A DNA stretch of 62,936 bases, counting the filler, from Perkinsus chesapeaki ATCC PRA-425 (taxonomy: Eukaryota; Protista; Perkinsozoa), in the NCBI GenBank assembly GCA_013115145.1. It is 8 parts of 8 records of this genome, joined end to end, with 100 filler letters (N's around TTAATTAATTAA, not from the genome) between each part and the next. Parts side by side here need not be neighbours in the genome. Positions count along the whole stretch, not along the records: positions 1 to 20,132 come from JAAPAO010000624.1; 7 more parts are not named here. One strand, written 5' to 3'. Of this stretch, positions 1 to 13,323 are shown piece after piece. The first letter of the stretch is position 1. Each line of letters begins with the position of its first letter. Position numbers and translations under genes: made by a program. The notes under the pieces were generated by a model. The model made no database searches. It saw nothing but the letters and a program-made list of their open reading frames with translations, and had not been told where the DNA came from.

Positions 1-473
1 TATTGTTTATTGCCTTACGGATTGAGTTCTCCGACATGACTATACCACTTGTGCATGGAAGCGGGGACCAACACGGAATCCAGAGGTTCAGTTGTTAACC
101 TATTTGGCATCTTTCTTATAGTTGCTATCACTTTTCAAATCGAGTTCGTGAGACTTAGAATAGCTGACATCAAAGCCATAAGTGGTCTTAACGCCATACC
201 GTCCGATGGCATACCCTCAAAGTCACGGTCATTAATACTGCACGCATGCGTTGACCATATTTTTTTTACGGGCGCGCGCTATTTCGTTTTGCGTGGTGGT
301 TGTTGTCTGAAAGAACTGGAAGGAGCCGCTTGGCGCAAGATACTCTCGAGGTTGATTGCATCGCTTTCCAAGCTCGTCACGTATCGCCTCCTGTTGTTCT
401 GGTGTTAAAAAATCGTTTTTCTAATCGCTGTTAACGGCTTCATTGAGCCCCGCCTTAGAGTGTTGGTATTACT

Positions 474-1137
474 ATGTCTTTTCTACGTTCCCTATTTGGG
501 CCACCTAAGATAGCCAATGCTGAGGAGGAGAAGGAAGTTAAGATGCAGGATGTGAGCCCAGAGGACTATCCGACACCACAGAAGTATCTTGAAGGCGCCC
601 CTATCCCCAGCTGGTAAGGCAACAACTGTACCGTGCTGCCCACCTGCCCTACCTTTTTGATAGGTATTCGTTCCAGAGTAACCTGGTCGGCGATATGGAC
701 CTGAAACCTGGTATGGCTCGTATGTTGGAAGTCGATAAAAGGCTTACTCTGCCCACTCGTACTCATATAAGATTCCTAGTAGGTTGATTTGGCACCCAAA
801 TCACTTCCACATCTTCCTTTATAGATTACTGGAGCTGATGTTATCCATTCGTGGGCAGTGCCTTCCTTGGGTATCAAAGCTGATGCTACCCCAGGTCGCC
901 TAGTAAAGGTATGAATCGGCCTGCCAGTCCACTTATCTACTAGCACCCTTCAGATTAACACCTTCATCCAGCGCGAAGGGGTCTTCTATGGCCAATGCTC
1001 GGAGCTCTGCGGAACCCTCCATGCGTAGGCCCTCGCCTTCTACCTAGCCCACTTTGTTCAGGTTCATGCCCATCGTCGTCGAGGCGGTAAGTCCCGAGGC
1101 CTTCGCTGCCCACGCCAAGAAGTGGTATAAGGATTGA
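474..1137 (+). CDS. cox2b: Cytochrome c oxidase subunit 2, C-terminal half (nuclear-encoded split COX2B), 5 exons
   Basis: Splicing four short GT-AG introns gives [12 protein letters not shown]...WYSFQSNL...[94 protein letters not shown]. CuA ligands (HSW, CSELC, H, M) are present and there are no TM helices. Confidence 0.95.
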
Positions 1138-1301
1138 GGAGGCATCTAGATGATGAGACTAGCATTATTACCTTTTTAGCAATCTACTACTTACACTTCG
1201 TGGCTCGCAGCCCGGAGATATGGGAAGGGTCGATATTATCATGTATTACCTTTACTGCGATGGGCTATTGTGTTTATCAAGTACGTTAATATCCGGTAGA
1301 G

Positions 1302-2410
1302 ATGCTCTATCGGTTGCACAATCAATTCAAGAGTCGGCGTCGGCTGGCAGGAGGGCTCGTAGCAGCCGTCGGCCGTCGGAGTTTTACGACGGCCGAGTCG
1401 GGCTTTAAAGGCCTTCTAGCAAACGATGACATCCTCTTCCCTAAAGTGAGGTGTCTATAGGACCAGACTTGGCGGAAGTTTGGTATTAGGTGCACGTCAT
1501 TGGCCGGGACGGCAGCGCTATAGGAGTGATGCAGATAGATGAGGCTATGGCGAAGGCAAAGGAGGCCAAGTTGGACTTGGTCGGGTATCTTAGGTCGATT
1601 AGGGTCACAGCCACTGTGTAGGTGCTGGTTAATGCTAATAAGGAGCCGCCAGTGTGTCGGATAGCCAGGAGGGCCGATCTCGAGGCACAAATAGTAGAGA
1701 AGTTGAAGTAGGCTGCTAGGCGGTTGTCGAGGAGCTGGTGTTGTTAAGGCAAAAGGAGGTGCTAAAGGAGAAGCAACAGACTGACCTTTATAGCTTTGAT
1801 CCTTCATTGAAGATCAAGTACATGCGGTATAACTGCAGGATAGCCTTGCCGGACTTCCAGCGATATGTGAGATAGGGAGTTGTGGCAGTCGAATATATAG
1901 CAGATATTACATCATCGAGAGTTGTTGTTAAAGAAGCATCGGACGGAAGCGGTCATTATCAAAGGCAAGGCAGAAGAGGAGGAGATGAGGCAAATGGTTG
2001 GTGGGTCCTCCCCACTGGCTGCTTCTCTCGTGTGAGCGTATCCTTTATAGTGCGCATCATTGCCGAGCTTAAGGATATTGCGAAGCCTGTTAACCTGCCT
2101 TTGCCTGCCCAGTCATTCGAGCAACCTTCAGTAGGTTTCGTAGGGCCGCACTATGACAAGGTATTCCCCTTTTAAGGTTAACGTACTAATTTGGCCGTGC
2201 ACACCAGAACAGGCGGCAACGTTCAAGATACCAAAGGTTGCGTTTGCAGCCAGTGATGAGGTTTGGAATCAGCAAAGGGCCAAGGAGGAGGCCCAAAGGG
2301 ACCCTAGGAACCGTAGGGCCAGACAGGACCCGAAGATGAAGGATGGGAGGAGTGCTAGACAGAGATGGATTGAACAACAGGAGCGAGATGGTGATCCTGG
2401 ACCACAGTGA
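1302..2410 (+). CDS. Organellar (probably mitochondrial) translation initiation factor IF-3, multi-exon
   Basis: Arg-rich presequence-like N-terminus (MLYRLHNQFKSRRRLAGGLVAAVGRRSFTT), then after splicing LLANDDILFPK-VHVIGRDGSAIGVMQIDEAMAKAKEAKLDL-VLVNANKEPPVCRIA, which matches the IF3-N signature. Later exons end at the stop of ORF 2153..2410. Confidence 0.8.
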
Positions 2411-2605
2411 TTGGACCCATGAGATGTTTCTGACACCTCTAGCTTGTGTTTTGTGGCATCGTAGATGAAGTGCAATCTTCATCCTAATATGATGTACTTG
2501 TGTCCCCTTTTACCAGCCCGCCCCCGTAAGCCGAAGTATAACTCATCATTTTTGCACGTATAATCGCTATCCGGCCAGCTTTGATGTGACTATTAGCGTT
2601 CTTTA

Positions 2606-4794
2606 ATGCTATTGCTTCTTCCCTTATGTCTGGTTAGCCTCCTCTTTGCTACCGTCCATGCTCCCTCTGTAGAGTATACTAGAATGTGTGCCTATGAAAA
2701 GCAGTGCAATGTGCCCCTAGACCACCGCCAAGCCATAAACCACACATCTGATGACGGATACCCACTGGGTCATAGCATATTCGATCGTTCGTGGGCGGGT
2801 AGGCCGCCAGTAGTTGCTATTCTGGAGCTGGTGGGTGCCAGGTGAAGTCCCATCGGTCTCGGGTCTCTCAGCTGAGGAGTTCTGGTTGAGCTACCAGCCA
2901 GGCGGCGTTCCTGTGAAGGTGCAAGTGGCGGAGGTATCGACTATACCGTGGACATTGGGGTAATGGTGGGGCTGGCAATTGGTGAGCATGGGGGCCTTAT
3001 TGGAAGGTATTTGAAAGAGAAATACGGTATGGAAATTATAAGAACAGAAGTAAAGAACGAGGACAGGCTTACGGACTACTGCGGCCGAGATGGAGTTATC
3101 TGCAGTGATGAGGCAGGGTACTTCCAGTCTTACTCGATAGTGCCTGTGTCAGATGGTGGGGCAGTCCTCGTCGGGTAAGGCTACCATGAGGGAAGCAATA
3201 GATAGAATGAGACAGGGGCACGATGTATATGTTATTTCGCAGGTAGGGGGCATCTTGTGGGAAAATTCCGCAAAGTCCCGGTAGGCTTTTGCACACTTGA
3301 AGGGAGCATTTTCCGCGATGAGTGGATGATGGTACTCTGAAGCTTAACCGACTAAGTCCAGAACTTGCGCTGGAACTAGAGTGCGTCTTCGTAATTGTGC
3401 AATGTGTCTCCATCTTCCCTCTTCGTCCAGTATAGTGTGCTCCTGTTAGATCCCTACCAGCCTCACTGCCGATCTATTGGTTCCAGCATTCATACTGGGA
3501 GGCCACAGAGATCCACTAGAAGGGTAGCGGTGGTGGGTGCTGAGGGAAGGGCGTCATTGCTGTATGATGTATTGTTCATCATTAAGAACCATTTCAGTTG
3601 GTAGTGCTGAGGGCGACACTATTGTCGTCGTTCAGGATGAATCGATCAACTATCCTCACGGAGCTAGGTCTGTGGATTAGCTCCAACAAGGAACCTACCT
3701 TCACATCATCTGTTATACATTACGATATGAACGACCAGCTTATGTGCCAAGTAACGGGGCATCAATGCGTGGGGCTCCATCGTATCAAATCAAGATCGAA
3801 ATACCGTAGTTGTAAGGGTTATCCTGACGGCGACCATGTCAGATAAAGGGTTGGCGAGAGTGGACCTTCTGGGACATGAGAACGGAGAGGGATAAGATGC
3901 CCATGTGGTCTGGGTAACCTACCCTGGCTTTCTATCAATCAACCTGCCACTCCCAGGCACTATCACTCCCCTTTCGAGGTGGCGGGTTCGGATGATAGTC
4001 CAGTCGACGGCGAGATGGTCGATCTTGCGCGGTAAGAGATGTCACCATTGCTGGTGACACATTGGGGTTCGAATTAGGTGGCCGAAGTTTGCAGAGGCCG
4101 GATGGGCTAATACCACCCTGCACTCGGGAGAGTGCCTGTTCATACCAAAGCGCCATGCTCTTCACTATGTAGCCTGAGCTATGTTTCGACGTCTAAAAAG
4201 TCTTCGTGGAGGTTCGTGGCTTTGGTGAGGAAAACATCGCCTTCTCCCTGCTCTTCGACACCTACGCCGATGAAGCATCGCTTTCGATGGGGACGGAAGG
4301 GTCAGGCGTTGTGGTGAGAGGTGCTGCAGTCTGTGGCCGGCGTGACAGGCATTCTCAGCCTCTGCGGGACTTCGAAGTCCTGTGGCCCTTCCCGGGAGAT
4401 CCGGTGGAGAGCGGGTATGGCGAAGTGACAATGGGCATGCCCGACTGGAAGGCCTCCCTGGCCCTCCCTGTCATGCAGTTGGCTGTAAGTCCTCCCACCA
4501 GAGCTCATAGAGGAGCGTTGGCAGATGGAGCTCCTACCTGACCAACCGACTCTTACCTCCCCCCAGCTGGCCACCCTTACTCGGGAGTTCCTAAGGCGTA
4601 GTGGTGCACCCTCAGCCGCTGTGAAGAAGGTTGGAGGTGCTCTGGCTAAGTAGAATCTTAGGTCGATGCCTGCAACTAGAGGCTGGCTTAGATACGACAG
4701 GGGTGGCTCTGAGGGCTGGAGTGTGGAGGACATAATGGTCGACCTTGCCCCTTTCTGGAGGGACGTGGTCAGGCTCATTGAGCATGCTTCATGA
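2606..4794 (+). CDS. JmjC/cupin-8 family 2-oxoglutarate-Fe(II) dioxygenase with N-terminal signal peptide, multi-exon
   Basis: Spliced motifs: AEEFWLSYQPGGVPVKV, YLKEKYG, SLTADLLVPAF, LWISS...SSVIHYDMNDQLMCQ-IKGWREWTFWD, WPKFAEAGWANTTLHSGECLFIPKRHALHY-VRGFGEENIAFSLLF. The HxD...H triad is intact. N-terminus MLLLLPLCLVSLLFATVHA is hydrophobic. Confidence 0.8.
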
Positions 4795-4877
4795 TGGCGG
4801 CAGTCTGTTGGGAATGCATTTGTAGTGTTACTCATTTGCCGCCATGGTTGGTGCCCTCAGTTTCGAGTGTGTATATT

Positions 4878-7800
4878 ATGTTATTGTCATCCTCGTGCTC
4901 GCCTCCTCCTCCACCACCTCCAGCCACGTCTAGGCCACATATCCTACAGGGCTCAGCCTCAGCGGCACAACTACACAATCATCATCATCAACCCTTTACT
5001 TCATTTGCCTGGTCAAGTAGCTCAGTGCAGAAGCCATCCAGGAGCAGTCTATTGGGAGGGGCGCCTTTGTGCGCCTCGACTGCAGCAGGACCAATCGGAT
5101 ACCGACCTCCTGCTCTCTCTGGTGAGCTCAACTTCTGAGGTATCTTCGTCTGGCTCATTTGAGTCCTAGGACCAATTAAAGCGCACTACAACACTTAATT
5201 TACCAAGTCTCCACCGCTGGAAGGTAGACCTGATAAGACTTGGAAGAAGTGTTATAGCCTTTAAACACCTTTCTTGCTGGGAGAAGTGTAATTTCTGCCT
5301 ACTCCTTTCCTATAATTCCTTGATGGTTCCCGTTGCTATCGAACAAATACAGGCAATACTCTCGAGCCCAACTCAGGTGCTACAGCCAGTAGGCCAGCAG
5401 CAGCAACGTCATTGCCGGCTCGCTCCATGGCAAGAGTCGCCGTAGGCCCATATGTGAAGGGCTCGAAGGGTGAAGTATACGAATTGATAGAGCAACTGCA
5501 GTCCGCCTTGTTTGGTGGGGTGTACAGAGTAGGCCTCCGTTCCTTGGGGGATCCAGGCATGCAGTGGAGCTCAGGCTAGGGGATTGACGACTGGCAGGGA
5601 CTATGCAGTGAAGGTGCTGCACAAGCAGGAGCTGGCTCGAATTGAACGGGAAGCCACTAAGGTAGGCCAGGCCAGGGCTTCTGCAATGGGAAGCTGACTG
5701 CTTGTCAGACCCACCGGGGCATCGAGTTCTGCGAGAGACCGTTGTCCGAGGTTATGTTTGCCTCAAAGATGAAGGAGAACCAGTATGTATTGGAGCTGTT
5801 GGATCATACCGAAGACGACCATTGTCATTACCTTGCCTCACCCTTGGCGAGAGGTAAGCTGCGGCGTGGTAAGCTTGGGGGGGCAATGGCATCGGTAGGA
5901 GGTGACTTACTGGAAGCCCTCAAGGAGATATCTACAGCTACTGATGGAGGCTTTCAAGAGAGAGTGGTTAAAAGCGTGGTCGCTGAGGCAGCCGAGGGTA
6001 TTGCTTATCTTCATCGGTAATGTCGCTTCAGCTCTGTTGGGTTGGAAGGATGCTTAGTGTGGTAGGCATTGCCTGGCACTACAGGACGTGTCATTGGAGA
6101 ACATGCTCCTGTTTGTCGATCCAGAGACAGGCAGCTACACTATAAAGGTGAGGCGATGGTTAAAGCTGGAGATGAAGGCTTTTTGAAGATATGTGATCCG
6201 GGCCAAGCCACAGAGTTTATGAGGGACACTTCCGGGCGAGAGCAACCAATACCGTTCAAGTGAGCTACCGCGTCATCCTTTCCCGCAATGGCCTGAGAAT
6301 TATGTGTTCCTCCGAGGAACTGACTCGACTGGTAAAAATGTTTCTAGCACTGCGAGGAGATGGAAAATTTGGTAGAAAGTGTATTTTTAAAAGTGGGAGA
6401 ATAAATATCGATGCTTCCCTATAATCCCCCTTGCCTTCATCTGATCCTCAGAGGCCTCGTCGGTAAGTCCTTCCGCCCTCCAGAGTTGTACGCTCATAAA
6501 CGTTACATCGCCACTGCAGTGGACTCGTGGTGCCTTGGTTGGAGTAATACCTCGACAGCTTGCAGTTGCAGTTGGTATGCTTATTTAGGCATCTTCTACT
6601 TGCTCACCGCCAGGAGCCTTTTTCAATCAGCGGACCCTCGAAGTGGCGATAAGGACTGGGCCATGTTTGCTGCTGGGGTAGGTCAGATGTGTCTACTAGT
6701 GTCGAGTATAGGAGCTGTCTCAGAACATCGATGCACTGTTCCGTCGAAAGGCTGCGAGGCATATGAGCTCAGAGGCGAAGGATCTGATCCTCAGGTAACC
6801 TCAGGCTATGATGCTACTCTCGCCAACTTGGACGATCGATACGGATCAATCCAACAGCGAGCTTCTTCCTCTTGTGTACGTAACCCAACACACACGCATA
6901 GAGCTGTGTCACACTCATCGGGTTGGCGTATCACCACAGTTGGCATAGTCGTGTAGCTCGGCTTCAGCGGCGGCTTCACGATCAGCAAGTGTTTGCCCAA
7001 CAAAACCCGCGTCGGGAATGTGGGTCATATTATACGGCTCCGCCGAAGCAGCTGTAATATGCCTTGTAGAAGTGCTCTATGTCGAGGAGCCTCGAGATCT
7101 GTTGGCATAGCTGTGCACCTGCTCTAGGAGAACGGGTCTTACTGAATATGGGAAATATTCCGTCCTGTCAGGCTGATGGAGCTGAACCCTGTGAAGCGTC
7201 TAAGTGTAGAGGATGCTCTGAAACATCCTTGGTTTACCGACTGCCCGAAGCCATCCTTATGGCCGGCACCGAGCCACTTGGTGATAGAGGAGAAGGAGAT
7301 GGTTGATAGAGTAAAGCGGGTGCCGCTGCTTAACAGTTGGACGACGCTGTCTTGTTAAGATTAAGTCTCGTCGGGAAGTCGATGCTATCGACGATGCTGC
7401 GTCGCAGAGGAGGCCGGAGTTAGCCAGCGCGGTCGACACCGTCCGAGAGAGAACAGGCTCAACCACCTCCTCCTTAGCATCTCAGAGGATTCCTATTCGG
7501 GGTGTCCAACCCACCACTGGCCGACATAGTGAAAGGAGCACGGCTAGCAGGTGAGCATTGCAGTTTAGTCGCCGTCATTCCTCTTGTAGACCATCCATCA
7601 CCAAGCCGAGCCGTCCAAGTGTCGATTCACGCCCGAGCCATCGCCTCAGTGTCTGTAGCAGCAGCGATGGTGTAAGACCGAGGGCTCTGTATCAATTTCA
7701 CAGGTCTCTTTTCAGAAGTCGCTACTTGGGCGCTCCTCTTTGACGGCATCTTCTGCCACTCGACTACAAGACAATGGTTCTGCCAAGAAGAAGCCCGAGG

Positions 7801-8478
7801 CCTCCTCCACCGCGAGAATTGTTGGCTTCCGAAATGGTAAGCATCCCTATGAGCGTGTCAATATGGCGCCCTTCTGCATTCCAGCTGCGGGCTCGCCCCT
7901 TTATGGCTCGGCTCCATGTTATACTTCGCCACGGTCTCCTCGCGTCGCAAATGTACGAGCTTCTGCTGCTGTTCCTGCTCATTTATGGAAGTGGTCATCA
8001 GGCGATTGCCCTTAATGCATATCATACCCGTTTGTGCCGGAGCCCGTCCCCTCCCCCACAACGCGTACCTCACTCCGCTGTGCCGAAGTGGGACGCTGTG
8101 GTCGAAAACATTAATGTGAGCGTATACAGGTTGGTACGGTGACGAGCGCCTCGTCTGCAGGCTCGCGCCCGCTCTCCGTCTCCGATGAGACCTCCTCAAC
8201 GAGGGCAGTATCACTATCATTCACCCGCCGTGGCAGATTCCAGCGGTCGATCGCAGCTCCTCGGCTCAGATGGTCGAACGACTTTGTTCGTGTCGGCCAG
8301 CAACGCCCCTGCAGCCTTGCGCAGCCGCTCCCCAAGCTTCGTATCCTTCCAAGGAAGCTCTCCTCACCCTACCCTTGTTGGGACTCCAGGATGGCTGAGC
8401 CCCTCGTTGCCGCCTCGGAGGTCTGCTCTGTCGCCGAACATTATGCCCAGAGAGTTAAGGCTGAGTAGTCGTGGATGA
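4878..8478 (+). CDS. Atypical Ser/Thr protein kinase (CAMK-like fold) with low-complexity N- and C-terminal tails; gene ends approximate
   Basis: Exons encode YELIEQLQSALFGGVYR, DYAVKVLHK, GIAYLHR, LQDVSLENMLL, ICDPGQA, GKSFRPPE, VDSWCLG and LMELNPVKRLSVEDALKHPWF. Confidence 0.85.
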
Positions 8479-8995
8479 TTGTTCTCATTATGTATATCCA
8501 CCACCATTATCGTATATAACTGACAAAATGCAGTGTTATTACCGTGCATGCCTTCTCCTGCTCGTCGTTGGAGTCCATGATACTTCTATACGGCCGATAA
8601 AGATGAGATTCAATAATTCATATCACCACTGAAAGCTGACTCTAGTTGTGTTGGTTTTAGTATATGTTAAGGGGACTATGGCGAGCTACGATTGGTCGAT
8701 GATAAGCTCGCAGATTCTGGTAGCAGCTAACTGCAGAAGAAGTGATAGTCAGAAGTCGCGAATGCTACGCGTTGTAATGCTTCAGCAAAGCACCTTCATT
8801 TTACACTCACTAAGCGTTGGGACAAATCTGACATATACGCCACACTGCACGGTCGCGTGAGAATGGGGATAACACTAACTGATAAATATACAAGAGACTC
8901 AGCAAGCGAGTCGTGTATCGTAACCGTTGCGCCGTAAATGTATGAAAACGGTATTTGAGAAGGCTCGTTGAAGTTTTACTGCATTTGGTTACGAG

Positions 8996-9986
8996 ATGGC
9001 GGGTGCTTCGTTCTCACCCAATGAGCTGCAAAACATGATGCAATTATTTGAGATTTGCGAGGCCTCAGAAAAGGAAGCGAAGGGTTCAGTAGGGCCAAGC
9101 AACGCACCTCCGAATCAGAAGGTGGCTTCCGACAAGCGTCTACATCGTTATCTAGTATGGGGCAGGTTACTATCAAAAGCGCCACTCAAATGCGTAGGGA
9201 GCAAGAGGCCAAGGCTGCTGAGGCCAAAGCTAAGCAAGACTCCATTTGGCATGGAGAGGACTTTAAAAAGCATTCTGGTAAGGAAGGCCACGTAATAGAC
9301 AGCCTTGAACACTTAGCAGGTGTTGCAATTCCTGAAGGCAAGACTGGTGCCGGCGCGGACCAAGATCCGCGGAAGAAGCCCGAGTACAAGGCTACTGTTT
9401 TGGTGCCATACGAGTGATGTAGATACGAAATATTGTACAGGCAGGAGGTGTCGGCTAACGATATGTTCCTCAACCTGCAAGACACGGATCCGAGCTCAGA
9501 TAGGTGTACAGAGATTACTGTCAAGTAGGTTATTCAATGAATTGCTAGAGGGGGACATGTAGATCAGGATACACTTACCGAACACACAATTGAAGGACAT
9601 TTCGCTGGACGTTCTTAGGGAGCGTGTTATGCTACAGGCGCCAAAGTAAAAGTTTGCATTGCTTCGAGGGAACACAGTCCCGTGCCACAGATACAGGCTG
9701 TCCCTGCCGCTCCCCTATGCTGTAGATGAGGAGAGAGGCAATGCTAAGTGAGTTCGGGGCAACAGTATATTCAAAATAATATATAACTATGATAATATAA
9801 ATAAATTGTACGTATTAAGAGATATACAAAGATATGAAAATACTATATATTCACCAGCACACTAAGCTAGTAACTAATCAATGCACTTGCTTGGCGGCCA
9901 AAGCTTGGCCCACGCACTTGCTCAGGTGGGATAAACTTCGAGGCTGTCTCACGTTAACCTTGCCCATGATACGAGATGTGAAGTGA
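8996..9986 (+). CDS. DNAAF6: Dynein axonemal assembly factor 6 (PIH1D3/Twister)-like, multi-exon
   Basis: DPRKKPEYK-ILYRQEVSANDMFLNLQDTDPSSDRCTEITVK-IHLPNTQLKDISLDVLRERVMLQAPK-YRLSLPLPYAVDEERGNAK-WDKLRGCLTLTLPM follows the PIH1D3 consensus. Confidence 0.85.
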
Positions 9987-10402
9987 GTGGGCGATTACTG
10001 TATCGTAATAGCAGCGATTGATGCAGGTATGTCACTGACCCGAGAGCTGTTGCTCCACCTTAGTTATCGTGATGAATCCATCTGTATCATGTTGTACCCG
10101 TGAGTAGTCTCTCGTGATTGCTGCGCTTGAGTTGGATCTTGTCCAATAGTAAAACTCATACTGTAGATCGGGTCCTGGGATGCCTTCTGTCAATCCTGAC
10201 TATCTCGATCACCGTATAAGGAGAAAGTGAGTCTTAGGCGAGCGAAGCAAGCGCCGCGAGTTGTAACACAATCCGCGGGCTCTCTGTGAGGCGCTTTTAC
10301 CACGCTCTGCGAGAGGGTTACCACCTCGTTATAACAGAGTTGGAATACTAAATCGATTGGTGGGCTAATACAGTAGAGTGCACCTTAGAAATATTATGGT
10401 CG

Positions 10403-12432
<2,030 letters not shown>

Positions 12433-13323
12433 CTGTTAATCATGATGTATTTGAGTGGTTTGGTATCAGGCAAAAGTGAAGCCTAGTACGATAGGCAGAT
12501 CCAACGAGAAAACGTAACGGCTTGCAAGCGCTGCATTGGAGCCTCCTTCGATTGTACGGTATAAACAACTCCAACCTTAGTCTCTCTGTTCTTGTGTTGT
12601 TGAGCCTTTGGACCAAATATGAACGCACTTCCGAACCCAACTTTAAGTCTATAAGAATCGCACGATACGCGCTCTAATAACCGGCAAACGGGCTCGCGGC
12701 AGGTGGCCCAGTCTGCGCCTTCCTAGCCTCGAGCTTTCGAACTGTGTTCCACAACATGTGTCTAGACAAAGCCTGAGCGAGATACCATAAGTTGTATAAT
12801 AACATAAAGTGCAAGATTCAGTGACTGGGTCTCAGTCATTTTGGTGTGTAGCAATAAACTCGGTCAATTTGGCGCCCGTACAACTCCGCTTTGTGAGGGA
12901 TCACTGTGGCCATATTACTGTTCGGCGCACACGCACGCACAGCTGTGTTCGCGTATATGTGTTACACCGTGTGACACGCGTCGTATGACTCACACGACGG
13001 CCGCGCTCAGCATTAAGTCGCTGAAAAATGATCTTTCTGGAACGTACCTCTCTGCCGCCTGCTGGACTGGGCTTTGCTGCCCGACTCAACCTCATCAAGA
13101 TGGCCTCTTCAGAAAGAGTTTGTGGGGTGCCAATGAAAAAGTGGCACAACATGCATCGCTTCGCTCCGCCAAAAACTGAAAAATGTCTTCGGCGTGTGCT
13201 AAGACTTCTCCGTGGAACAGGATTGCGTTGATGCAACTTGCTATCAGAACGGCTGCCCCATTAGCCGCTGCGTTCAGTTAGTGGAATTCTGAAAGACATA
13301 GTTGTTCTTCCAACCCTATTAAA

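Noticed and set aside
1322-1807. 161-aa minus-strand ORF, and many similar short antisense ORFs in the track
   Set aside because: They are shadows of spliced plus-strand genes (IF3 here) and show no independent motifs.
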